Below are positions 37,101-42,869 of a stretch of DNA of 64,000 bases, piece after piece (the first letter of the stretch is position 1; the number at the start of each line of letters is the position of its first letter). Source of the stretch: Antedon mediterranea (lineage: Eukaryota; Animalia; Echinodermata); contig NC_092678.1 of the NCBI RefSeq assembly GCF_964355755.1, forward strand, positions 11,530,352-11,594,351. The letters are read 5' to 3'. The notes beneath the pieces are model-generated. The model did no database searches and had not been told where the DNA came from. It worked only from the letters and a program-made list of their open reading frames with translations. A program made the position numbers and the translations under genes.

Positions 37101-40100
37101 TTATTGACGGTTTGTATACTATATTATTGAAGGTGTATATGTATGTATGTATATATATAAATAAAAAGTGTTGTGGATTTAAGTAGTAATTCCCAGTGGT
37201 TGTCTTTATCTTTACAAGTTTTGTCGCTCCATTTGACATTTCTATTGCAATAAGGGTATTTACAATGGTACGACATGCACTACATTGTGCATTGTTTGTT
37301 TTATAACATGGGTCTATGAGTTATTTTAACTTACCTTTCTGGATGAATACACCTAGCCTAGAAGCTAGGCCTACCGCAGCAATCACCACTCTGCTAGGTG
37401 ACTAAATCACCGCCTAGGACTAGGAGGCCCAGCCTAGACCTACCACAGCAGGCACCACTCTGGTCTGCAACTAAATCACTTTCTAGCCTAGGCCTAGCAA
37501 AACAGTTGTATACCAGAAATGACAAGATATACAAGTCGTGTGTGTTTGTTTTGTTCTTTTTTTTTTTGCAGTAGAGATGACTAGTTCGTACTCATAAATC
37601 GTGCAATGCCTAGCGCGATCGGTTTTCTGCCATACGATTTACAGGCAGAGTGCACTCCAATGCATGATAGTGAAAAAGAAGCGATAGTGTCTTGAGCATG
37701 GCTGTTTCCGGTCGTAAAACAGCAGACAGTGCTGATATTGAATTTCTTGGAAGTTCATGTTATTAATACTATTGAAATATTGAAAACCTTCCTGTGCTAT
37801 TGTTTGTACTGGCTATTGTTTGTACTGGCTATTGTTTTTATATGTACTGTGTTTGTATTTATTTTCTATAGTTTTTTGTGTACTCTGGTTTATGTATACA
37901 GGGTATTACAAATAAATGAATATCATGCAATATTTATGTTTTTTACAGCAAGGACAAAAATTCATCGATGTATTTCTACGGAGTGGGATGCCAATTCTTG
38001 ATAAAATGTTTAGATTAAAAAAGGATGATGTATTAAACATGTTAAAGACCTTACAACACAGTACTCGTATGCTACATCACATCTGCAGTCATTCTAAGGT
38101 AATTTATTCTCTTTTATAACTTGAGTTGCCATTGATTGGTTAATTACACATCATGTGCTATTCGTTATTGTGCACTAATGACCATTGAGTGGCACTATTG
38201 AATGATGAACGTCACTATTGAACACTTTTTGTATAAGAATATTGCCATGCAAGGTTGTTTTTTTGCCCTCAAATGTGAAAATTTTTTTAAAAAATCATAA
38301 ATCCATTAAATGTCAAAATTATCAGTTTTTATGTTAGATGAGCAAAAGGAATTCTACAAATGTGCAAACATTTTTTTCAACCATAATTAAAATGTAATTG
38401 TGTTATGCGCGATTTTAACAATTTATGAAATTTGCATAAGATTTACTAGTCTGGATTCCAGATGGAGTTTTGACTTAATATTTTTGCACAAATGTTTTGC
38501 TATTTTAAAAAAGTATCATGTTGCTGACACATTCATCATGCCTAATGCAAAGTATCATGTTGCTGACACATTCATCATGCCTAATGCAAAGTATCATGTT
38601 GCTGACACATTCATCATGCCTAATGCAAAGTATCATGTTGCTGACACATTCATCATGCCTAATGCAAAGTATCATGTTGCTGACACATTCATCATGCCTA
38701 ATGCAAAGTATCATGTTGCTGAGACATTCATCATGCCTAATGCAAAGTATCATGTTGCTGACACATTCATCATGCCTAATGCAAAGTATCATGTTGCTGA
38801 CACATTCATCATGCCTAATGCAAAGTATCATGTTGCTGACACATTCATCATGCCTAATGCAAAGTATCATGTTGCTGACACATTCATCATGCCTAATGCA
38901 AAGTATCATGTTGCTGACACATTCATCATGCCTAATGCAAAGTATCATGTTGCTGACACATTCATCATGCCTAATGCAAAGTATCATGTTGCTGACACAT
39001 TCATCATGCCTAATGCAAAGTATCATGTTGCTGACACATTCATCATGCCTAATGCAAAGTATCATGTTGCTGACACATTCATCATGCCTAATGCAAAGTA
39101 TCATGTTGCTGACACATTCATCATGCCTAATGCAAAGTATCATGTTGCTGACACATTCATCATGCCTAATGCAAAGTATCATGTTGCTGACACATTCATC
39201 ATGCCTAATGCAAAGTATCATGTTGCTGACACATTCATCATGCCTAATGCAAAGTATCATTTTGCTGACACATTCATCATGCCTAATGCAAAGTATCATG
39301 TTGCTGACACATTCATCATGCCTAATGCAAAGTATCATGTTGCTGACACATTCATCATGCCTAATGCAAAGTATCATGTTGCTGACACATTCATCATGCC
39401 TAATGCAAAGTATCATGTTGCTGACACATTCATCATGCCTAATGCAAAGTATCATGTTGCTGACACATTCATCATGCCTAATGCAAAGTATCATGTTGCT
39501 GACACATTCATCATGCCTAATGCAAAGTATCATGTTGCTGACACATTCATCATGCCTAATGCAAAGTATCATGTTGCTGACACATTCATCATGCCTAATG
39601 CAAAGTATCATGTTGCTGACACATTCATCATGCCTAATGCAAAGTATCATGTTGCTGACACATTCATCATGCCTAATGCAAAGTATCATGTTGCTGACAC
39701 ATTCATCATGCCTAATGCAAAGTATCATGTTGCTGACACATTCATCATGCCTAATGCAAAGTAAAATGTTTTTTAATTAACTTAATCTTAATAACTAAAA
39801 AATGACCTAAAGGAAATAATCTTTTTCAACAAGTAAACTTTTTATAACATTATATGGCTTACGGTATATGTATAGAAATTTTTTTAAATACTATTTTTAT
39901 TCAAAGTTTGATTTTATTTGGGGAGACAGTACATCTTTAATGTAAATGTAGTTTGTGTTTTTTTCATATGCATACTACTGTAGTCCAGATTTTTTTATTT
40001 TAAATTGAAACTTTAAATTGTTTTTGATAAACTTGCTACTAAAGCTTGGTTCCCACTAGAACGTAACGCAAGGACGTAAACGCAACGCAAGCGTTTTAAC

Positions 40101-42869
40101 CAATGACAAGCGAAGTTATAGACAGTTAGCAATCACAAGCAAATAAGCCATCGCTTGTGATTGGTCAATTCACTTGCGTTGCGTTACGTCCTTGTGTTGC
40201 GTCGCTAGTTGGAACCACGCTTAAGCAATGTTGAAACTGTAGCCAGTTGTTAATAAAACGTTTCTTTGCAGTCTGTTGGTGATATTGCCTTGGTTGCACA
40301 TGTTCCTCCCATGAAACGCTCATTAGAAAGTTTTGTTTATCGTGTAAAAGTAATGCTTACTTTACACAACTGCCAAGATGCATTCTGGATTGGAAACCTA
40401 AAAAACAGAAACATACAGGTAACACTAGTCGATGAATCCCTTTATATTTTAAGGATCAAGTGTGATATTTTTGGATAGATAATTTAATTTTTTGTAACCC
40501 TATATTTTGTATCCAGTATTGTAAATAATTTTCATAATGCATATTGTATTGTCTAATATCGTAACTTTTAAATTTGTCATGTTAAGTTGAATATTTTGTA
40601 CATTTTGATAGTGTCTATTTTTCGAATTGCATTTTTTGTTCTTTTACGTGTGTCCAATAATACAAACTTGTTTAGCTTAATTTGTTATCAATATTTTAAA
40701 ATATGTTTTTATTAATATAAATTAATTTGTTAATCATATCTCAATTATTTTACACATTCTACAATAAATGAATTAAATTAAAGTTACAGTATATTTGCTT
40801 GCCATTATGTTGCTATGTTTCTGTCAATGTAGGGTACAGAGATTTTGTCCCAAAGACCAGCTTCACCAAGTGAATCTGAGAGTGTAGATTGCGGCGCTAA
40901 CAGTGGTGATGAGGAGAAGAGTAACAGCGATGATGATAATGTGGATAAGACAGATGATGATGAGGTAAGGCACCTTCGCTAAATTATTGCCTTGGAACCC
41001 ATTCAGGCACGTTTGCTATTGTATAACGACAAAGGTTGTATAGACACGTTTGGTAAACCGTTTGGGGAACACCATTTGGATGCGTTTATTCAAGATGTGA
41101 ATAAAATAAATTTAAATCTGACTTCCAATCTTCCAAGAAAGAAACCACAAAAGCACAACAATCGATCACTTACACAGGACCAACAATATGGAATAAGTCT
41201 CTCAAAGCATCTAAAAGATTTCAAATCATTATTCATCTTAAAAAATCAATTTAAAATATATATCAACAATAAACTGCAAACAATCTAATTTCTCACCCCA
41301 CTAAATGTCCTTTCAAATCATACGAATTCACAATACATTACTATAGTAAAAAGAAAAACAACACTCGCCTACTATTTGTTGTTCTTTATTATACTATTAC
41401 CGTAGTTCCCCGGGTATAATCCCACCCCCCCCCCCCCCCCCCACCCCCCCCCCCCCCCCTTGTACATGGAATTTGGGAGGTGGGACTATACCCGGGGATT
41501 TCCCACTGCATGAATTGAAAATGACGATATTTCTTCAAGCTACGATCTAAATGTATATTCCGATGTAGGCTAGGCCAGGCCATCTAGACCTAGGCGGCCT
41601 AATTGGTCTTACCTGTGCTATGCCTACCGTATAGATTTTCCCCCAGATTTCTACTTAAAAAATACCCTAAAATGTGATCTAGGCCTAGCTTCCTAAATCG
41701 ACATGAACTCGATCATACAAGTTCTCCGTCTCCCGACGGTTCACCCACGCTCGAGCTCTCTGTGTAAATCGCATGTTGTTGCATGTGACACAAACTACTG
41801 CACAAGCCGGTCGGTATAGAGGGCGGTGTTTTTTTTTCAAATCAAGCATGCAGTAGTGTAAACAACAAGAAAAGAATGTACACGGCGAAAGGATGTACAG
41901 AACGTGACGATCGGGGCATGCTAGCCTTAAGGTTGTATTCAACTTAACAATGTTTGATGAGTTTTAAGTCAGCCAAATTCAGAGAAATTACTCTATTTTT
42001 TGGTGAGAATTTCTTTTAAAATATTGACGTCGGCCTAGCTAGTTACAGTAGGCCTAGGCCCACCTCTGGCCTAATATTAAATTATACACTGGGACTTTGC
42101 CCGGGGATATGCTTGCGTGCGAAGGTAATCGTAAAGTCGGGGGTGGGATTATACCCGAGGAACTACGGTAATACTACTTTTTTTTCTAATCCTTCATTGT
42201 AGTGTAAGGACAGCATTCTTGAAGGCACTTTATTTATATTTTGCCTGCTTTGCTTGTCCTCTTCAAATATCTTGTTGTTATATCATGCTACCGTCTGACT
42301 GTATGTATATATTATTGGTGCTATTTTACTTTTATTCATATCTTGTATACTATTGTTCTTGGTCCTATTTTATTTTTATTCATATCTTGTATACTATTGT
42401 TCTTCGATATTTGAATAAATGAACTGAATGAACATATTAAATATTATTTTTTATTTCCACATTTTCTTGGACCGAAATAACAAACTTAACATTAACCTAT
42501 CTTTATTCAAGTGTGTAATGGCTTGATGTGCAGTGATACCGGCTATTGTATTTGCATTACCAAGATTCTATCTTACTGTACATATACATAAATAATTAAA
42601 GATTCTGACAAAATCTTTTTAAAAAAATCAATTGTCTTTATTTAAATCAATGCATGTAGCCTATAATTCGTCATAGTGACGAATTAAATATAGTTAATGT
42701 TTTAATATAATATTTGTAATTTTGTGCTTGCATATTCAGTTAATGTGTTTTTTTGTTTGTGTATTATTTATATGTACTGTATGTTTACTTATTTTATTGT
42801 TGTTCATTTTAGAGTTCAAAAGAGGATAACAAAAGTGATGAGTTGATTTGTAGTGATACTGAGTATTGA
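454..42869 (+). CDS. FANCD2: Fanconi anemia group D2 protein orthologue, multi-exon (35 coding exons in window, 5'-partial)
   Basis: AG/GT-bounded exons with compatible phases: 454-501, 4982-5042, 5941-5996, 6118-6178, 7633-7757, 7934-8021, 9058-9162, 9285-9373, 9629-9725, 10385-10420, 10624-10764, 11578-11712, 12775-12906, 14930-15037, 15185-15294, 16420-16486, 22393-22512, 22725-22801, 26339-26476, 26710-26923, 27117-27225, 30991-31084, 32036-32273, 32780-32896, 33600-33725, 34301-34416, 34824-34937, 35109-35236, 35714-35807, 36492-36614, 36831-37023, 37949-38098, 40272-40418, 40833-40964, 42813-42869 (TGA). The translation carries FANCD2 motifs in the order I recall from human FANCD2: [97 protein letters not shown]. 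Confidence 0.95.
643..2673 (-). mobile_element. Two adjacent copies of a non-autonomous hairpin-ended (Helentron/HINE-like) element
   Basis: Termini TATAATTCGTCATAGTGACGAATTAAATCTAGTT at ~1770-1803 and ~2641-2673; 664-1090 is repeated at 2070-2440; hairpin at 645-681. Confidence 0.65.
2706..2974. repeat. 50-bp minisatellite, left part
   Basis: ATTTTGTTCCATTCAATGGTACAACTCAATACAATGGCCAGTAATTAATC, ~5 copies. Confidence 0.9.
2975..4334 (+). mobile_element. Helitron/Helentron-like non-autonomous insertion splitting a 50-bp minisatellite
   Basis: Ends in a 13-bp hairpin CTAGATGGTACGC...GCGTACCATCTAG (4298-4334). Both ends recur inverted at ~63035-63290 and ~61390-61416. Confidence 0.6.
4335..4795. 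repeat. 50-bp minisatellite, right part
   Basis: Same unit, ~9 copies. Confidence 0.9.
4982..5042 (+). CDS. FANCD2: FANCD2 exon ([20 protein letters not shown])
   Basis: AG/GT bounded; resembles SLIKLLLGIDILQ. Confidence 0.88.
5706..5854. repeat. 50-bp tandem repeat x3
   Basis: TCAGTAGGTAAACACTTGTCACATATTGGAATAACATGCTACTGAAGGTA. Confidence 0.9.
5941..5996 (+). CDS. FANCD2: FANCD2 exon ([18 protein letters not shown])
   Basis: AG/GT bounded; EKLPE motif. Confidence 0.88.
6118..6178 (+). CDS. FANCD2: FANCD2 exon ([20 protein letters not shown])
   Basis: AG/GT bounded; QLKWLDRVVD-like. Confidence 0.9.
7633..7757 (+). CDS. FANCD2: FANCD2 exon ([10 protein letters not shown]...LPEIIED...ARYL)
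   Basis: AG/GT bounded; LPEI motif. Confidence 0.9.
7934..8021 (+). CDS. FANCD2: FANCD2 exon ([23 protein letters not shown])
   Basis: AG/GT bounded; PILDVLS-like. Confidence 0.9.
8095..8411 (+). mobile_element. tRNA-derived SINE with Deu/Nin-like central domain
   Basis: A box TGGCCGAGCGG, B box GGTTCGAGGC. Core GGATAAGGACTATAAACCGTAGGTCC...TTAAAGAACC...GAGTAGGGGGTTACCCCGGTGT. (CAAA)n tail. Candidate TSD AATTTGA at 8088-8094 and 8412-8418. Confidence 0.82.
9058..9162 (+). CDS. FANCD2: FANCD2 exon (AQNAAINIL...[12 protein letters not shown])
   Basis: AG/GT bounded; LPVIIKFIL-like. Confidence 0.88.
9285..9373 (+). CDS. FANCD2: FANCD2 exon ([12 protein letters not shown])
   Basis: AG/GT bounded; VISELREKLDLQ-like. 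Confidence 0.88.
9629..9725 (+). CDS. FANCD2: FANCD2 exon ([22 protein letters not shown])
   Basis: AG/GT bounded, phase-compatible. Confidence 0.85.
10139..10255 (+). mobile_element. Penelope-like element terminal fragment with degenerate hammerhead core
   Basis: TGATGA-A-GGGC-TAGTGTT-GCCC-GAAA-GCTC, followed by a T-rich tail. Confidence 0.5.
10385..10420 (+). CDS. FANCD2: FANCD2 36-bp exon ([12 protein letters not shown])
   Basis: AG/GT bounded; AIENTASVSEHK-like. Confidence 0.8.
10624..10764 (+). CDS. FANCD2: FANCD2 exon ([12 protein letters not shown]...NKIRNG)
   Basis: AG/GT bounded; NKIRSG-like. Confidence 0.88.
11578..11712 (+). CDS. FANCD2: FANCD2 exon ([14 protein letters not shown]...DMFCRQ)
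   Basis: AG/GT bounded. Confidence 0.88.
12775..12906 (+). CDS. FANCD2: FANCD2 exon ([13 protein letters not shown]...AFIK)
   Basis: AG/GT bounded; EVVGALVTHICSG-like. Confidence 0.9.
13017..14413. repeat. 25/29-bp AT-rich minisatellite grading into a 39-bp variant
   Basis: TATCTTACTACTTATATACTATGTA units; from ~14100 the units gain CCGGACAT. Confidence 0.95.
14930..15037 (+). CDS. FANCD2: FANCD2 exon ([22 protein letters not shown])
   Basis: AG/GT bounded; GILDYLDN motif. Confidence 0.92.
15185..15294 (+). CDS. FANCD2: FANCD2 exon with monoubiquitination lysine ([27 protein letters not shown]; K codon 15209-15211)
   Basis: Matches the human DDMHLVIRK561QLSS region. Confidence 0.95.
15545..16330 (+). 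mobile_element. Degraded inverted copy of the 643-2673 element family
   Basis: 15545-15670 is the reverse complement of ~1430-1560; 16160-16320 matches ~1800-2000. Confidence 0.6.
16420..16486 (+). CDS. FANCD2: FANCD2 exon (EQDTPND...LSDEAFKQ)
   Basis: AG/GT bounded; LSDEQCTQ-like. Confidence 0.87.
17401..18075 (-). repeat. 3' LTR
   Basis: 675-bp direct repeat of 21428-22102, TG...CA ends. Confidence 0.95.
18043..21012 (-). CDS. Gag-protease-RT-partial RNase H polyprotein of the Gypsy element (no integrase)
   Basis: Likely ATG at 21012 (MAKAEKP). Two CCHC knuckles ([28 protein letters not shown]), protease LDTGA, RT ([20 protein letters not shown]), RNase H N-terminal part ([12 protein letters not shown]...IAYASRGL), then read-through into the LTR. 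Confidence 0.92.
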   Translation of the reverse strand: MAKAEKPDTETTGINSMIAALTDVLKGVGVQKVPPPIKLAKFRGRPKSPGDVTLREWLEDFETYCTHYNLGGDVKYDALVSHLGGSAKDEVHYQMSILGKGKNVKKAIQVLQTTFSPDESVSALNTLFYSRNQLDYESVAEYSLELMKIYSRLLEASFPNEQNALKHLQDSTLKQRLVEGVRDPLVRREMRRIELASRGKSFMEMREEVLELFKGETSRGYRPKVQGVDFPTNSYSNQSENCEIKKELKVLKQQLDQLQQSLCKFSQNTTNNSFNRSGPRRCFNCGQFGHNRDNCEMPPGLCWECKKVGHFAAKCPSRVRKSKPEPSTDNHNLGSVQIPVVSVEDKIIPPNDLREPSESSLLSRLVAQSPCAVIKFGSVELGSVLDTGAEASIIPSSIYHRILKSELGGLHSADKLFTNVIGVCGVEVPIEGYVEVPIEILGHNLLGSFLIVSDSACNNNVSYPILTGCNILRYIQDDPRILETLGKVVGAKTASPCTGRAEVVLRVNDEQSQIFVSLKHFNTAVPVACDKLHEVNVCSSVLPPDNVCSNGSELVDGNYPSHKRSIVAESELVCPPGLLLKGLPRDKERKVLLLLNNYKHVFSTGPYDVGKCDVIPHSISLISNNVPIRLPYRRVHPNNIKEVKAMLQEMLNQGIIRPSKSDYASPIVLVQKKDNSLRLCIDYRKLNGRTMKDSFPLPRIDEVLDVLTGSRWFSTLDLAHGFFQIIMADDSIGKTAFRVPWGLYEFLRMPQGLTNSPSTFQRVMEYVLGDLNLSEVVLYLDDILIFSATFDEHLNRLDKVFSRLARYGLKAKGRKCDLFREEVAYLGHVISSKGVSVDVGKTDKVVSWPVPKNVTEVKSFLGLASYYRRFVPNFAKIASPLHNITHMAASRAGNGRAGVGKDKISTFHWGLPQQIAFESLKKSLVTPPVLAYPIFDREFIIEVDSSGNGIGACLSQRDDNQILHPIAYASRGLRGTIYYCDELSIEGAA
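21407..21423 (-). promoter_or_regulatory. Primer-binding site (tRNA-Ser-like)
   Basis: Minus strand TGGCGCTGCGAGCAGGG, 4 nt after the 5' LTR; complementary to a ...CCCUGCUCGCAGCGCCA tRNA 3' end resembling eukaryotic tRNA-Ser. Confidence 0.75.
21428..22102 (-). repeat. 5' LTR
   Basis: 675-bp direct repeat, followed on the minus strand by the PBS. Confidence 0.95.
22118..22225. repeat. 53-bp tandem duplication just outside the 5' LTR
   Basis: TGAATATTTTATATATAGCCCATGAGCATCTTAGTAGCTAGATGGATGTTGAG x2. Confidence 0.85.
22393..22512 (+). CDS. FANCD2: FANCD2 exon (ITGLMELV...ALFYDELA)
   Basis: AG/GT bounded; ALYYDEFA-like. Confidence 0.9.
22725..22801 (+). CDS. FANCD2: FANCD2 exon ([18 protein letters not shown])
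   Basis: AG/GT bounded; NDFQDAFVVD-like. Confidence 0.88.
23180..26324 (+). mobile_element. Hairpin-ended (HINE/DINE-1-like) element with a related element nested in its AATAAG microsatellite
   Basis: 5' AACTAGAATTTAATTCGTCACTTTGACGAATTATAGGTGATCATTT; 3' hairpin ATAGGTGATCATTTTATTCTAAATGATCACCTAA. Confidence 0.7.
24695..26248 (+). mobile_element. Nested hairpin-ended (HINE-like) element
   Basis: 5' AACTAGACATGTAACTCGTCACTTTGACGAGTTAGTTATCCGC; 3' hairpin AGTTATCCGCTCAATGCGGATAACT; close inverted copy at 45881-48025. Confidence 0.72.
26339..26476 (+). CDS. FANCD2: FANCD2 exon ([17 protein letters not shown])
   Basis: AG/GT bounded; YGLE...GIAIN-like. Confidence 0.87.
26710..26923 (+). CDS. 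FANCD2: FANCD2 exon (CLNPLFRLL...[13 protein letters not shown]...INWFRE)
   Basis: AG/GT bounded; strongly conserved motifs. Confidence 0.93.
27117..27225 (+). CDS. FANCD2: FANCD2 exon ([21 protein letters not shown])
   Basis: AG/GT bounded; VNAF...KVLTRL-like. Confidence 0.9.
27426..30796. repeat. 51-bp minisatellite (~66 copies) with higher-order structure
   Basis: AAGGCCAAGGAAGCAGCAGCAGTTACTGTGCCAACCTGATGATAATGATTG, with 50- and 52-bp variants. Confidence 0.95.
30991..31084 (+). CDS. FANCD2: FANCD2 exon ([15 protein letters not shown])
   Basis: AG/GT bounded; donor chosen by phase with next exon. Confidence 0.72.
31149..31821. repeat. 21-bp minisatellite (~32 copies)
   Basis: ATGTCTGTCTCTCTATTTCTA. 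Confidence 0.95.
32036..32273 (+). CDS. FANCD2: FANCD2 exon (...[13 protein letters not shown]...)
   Basis: AG/GT bounded; FRELDIEVFS-like. Confidence 0.85.
32780..32896 (+). CDS. FANCD2: FANCD2 exon ([11 protein letters not shown]); TAGCAG tandem acceptor, three candidate donors
   Basis: FLLEDL-like; alternative start 32777; alternative ends 32926 and 32956. Confidence 0.82.
32870..32962. repeat. 30-bp triplication spanning a splice donor
   Basis: AAACAAAAGCTAATCAACTTGTCTAAGGTA x3. Confidence 0.92.
33600..33725 (+). CDS. FANCD2: FANCD2 exon ([13 protein letters not shown])
   Basis: AG/GT bounded; MCNHLEN-like. Confidence 0.87.
34301..34416 (+). CDS. FANCD2: FANCD2 exon (ALASDEE...[10 protein letters not shown])
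   Basis: AG/GT bounded. Confidence 0.87.
34824..34937 (+). CDS. FANCD2: FANCD2 exon ([12 protein letters not shown])
   Basis: AG/GT bounded; WSGFS motif across the junction. Confidence 0.9.
35109..35236 (+). CDS. FANCD2: FANCD2 exon ([19 protein letters not shown])
   Basis: AG/GT bounded; YLQNFHQSIPSFQCA-like. Confidence 0.9.
35714..35807 (+). CDS. FANCD2: FANCD2 exon ([11 protein letters not shown])
   Basis: AG/GT bounded; LARQFLCRVW-like. Confidence 0.86.
35804..35874. repeat. 17-bp x4 repeat spanning a splice donor
   Basis: TAAGGTATATTAATGTT x4. Confidence 0.9.
36186..36475. repeat. 72-bp tandem repeat x4
   Basis: ATTAAAGGGGGAGGGGTAGTGTGTCCCTTGATGCGCCTCTCGTGTGTCACAGTTTTAAACATGAATTTTATA. 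Confidence 0.92.
36492..36614 (+). CDS. FANCD2: FANCD2 exon (TYVTYSDD...SQTYPLLT)
   Basis: AG/GT bounded; STFPTLT-like. Confidence 0.87.
36831..37023 (+). CDS. FANCD2: FANCD2 exon ([14 protein letters not shown]...WNAAI)
   Basis: AG/GT bounded; FFRVMMAEL and WNMAV-like. Confidence 0.9.
37949..38098 (+). CDS. FANCD2: FANCD2 exon (GMPILD...[12 protein letters not shown])
   Basis: AG/GT bounded; strongly conserved. Confidence 0.93.
38510..39763. repeat. 39-bp minisatellite, ~32 near-perfect copies
   Basis: AAAGTATCATGTTGCTGACACATTCATCATGCCTAATGC; two variant units seen. Confidence 0.97.
40043..40222. mobile_element. MITE (~180 bp, PIF/Harbinger-like)
   Basis: TIRs AGCTTGGTTCCCACTAG / CTAGTTGGAACCACGCT with long inner inverted repeats (ACGCAAGGACGTAA/TTACGTCCTTGTGT), TAA-like flanks; a related degraded copy at ~5085-5190. 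Confidence 0.7.
40272..40418 (+). CDS. FANCD2: FANCD2 exon ([10 protein letters not shown]...[12 protein letters not shown])
   Basis: AG/GT bounded; strongly conserved. Confidence 0.94.
40833..40964 (+). CDS. FANCD2: FANCD2 exon (GTEILSQ, acidic tail)
   Basis: AG/GT bounded; GEEIKSQ-like. Confidence 0.87.
41400..42168. mobile_element. Non-autonomous Tc1/mariner (pogo/Tc2-like) element
   Basis: TIRs CCGTAGTTCCCCGGGTATAATCCCACCCCC / GGGGGTGGGATTATACCCGAGGAACTACGG, TA on both sides; internal repeats of the TIR motif at ~41480 and ~42090. Confidence 0.85.
42455..42695 (-). mobile_element. Short fragment of the 643-2673 family
   Basis: Same terminus CTATAATTCGTCATAGTGACGAATTAAATATAGTT and GATACCGGCTATTGTATT block. 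Confidence 0.6.
42813..42869 (+). CDS. FANCD2: FANCD2 probable last coding exon ([18 protein letters not shown])
   Basis: Pyrimidine tract + AG, phase 0, acidic peptide ending in TGA; weak homology support. Confidence 0.65.
   Translation, partial: SSKEDNKSDELICSDTEY

Noticed and set aside
38400-39780. 400-450 aa repeat ORFs, or a CRISPR-like array
   Set aside because: Head-to-tail 39-bp repeat without unique spacers; eukaryotic intron; no cas genes
41421-41459. Long poly-C tract as a G-quadruplex regulatory element
   Set aside because: Homopolymer expansion of the TIR's C-run inside a MITE; length is also prone to sequencing error
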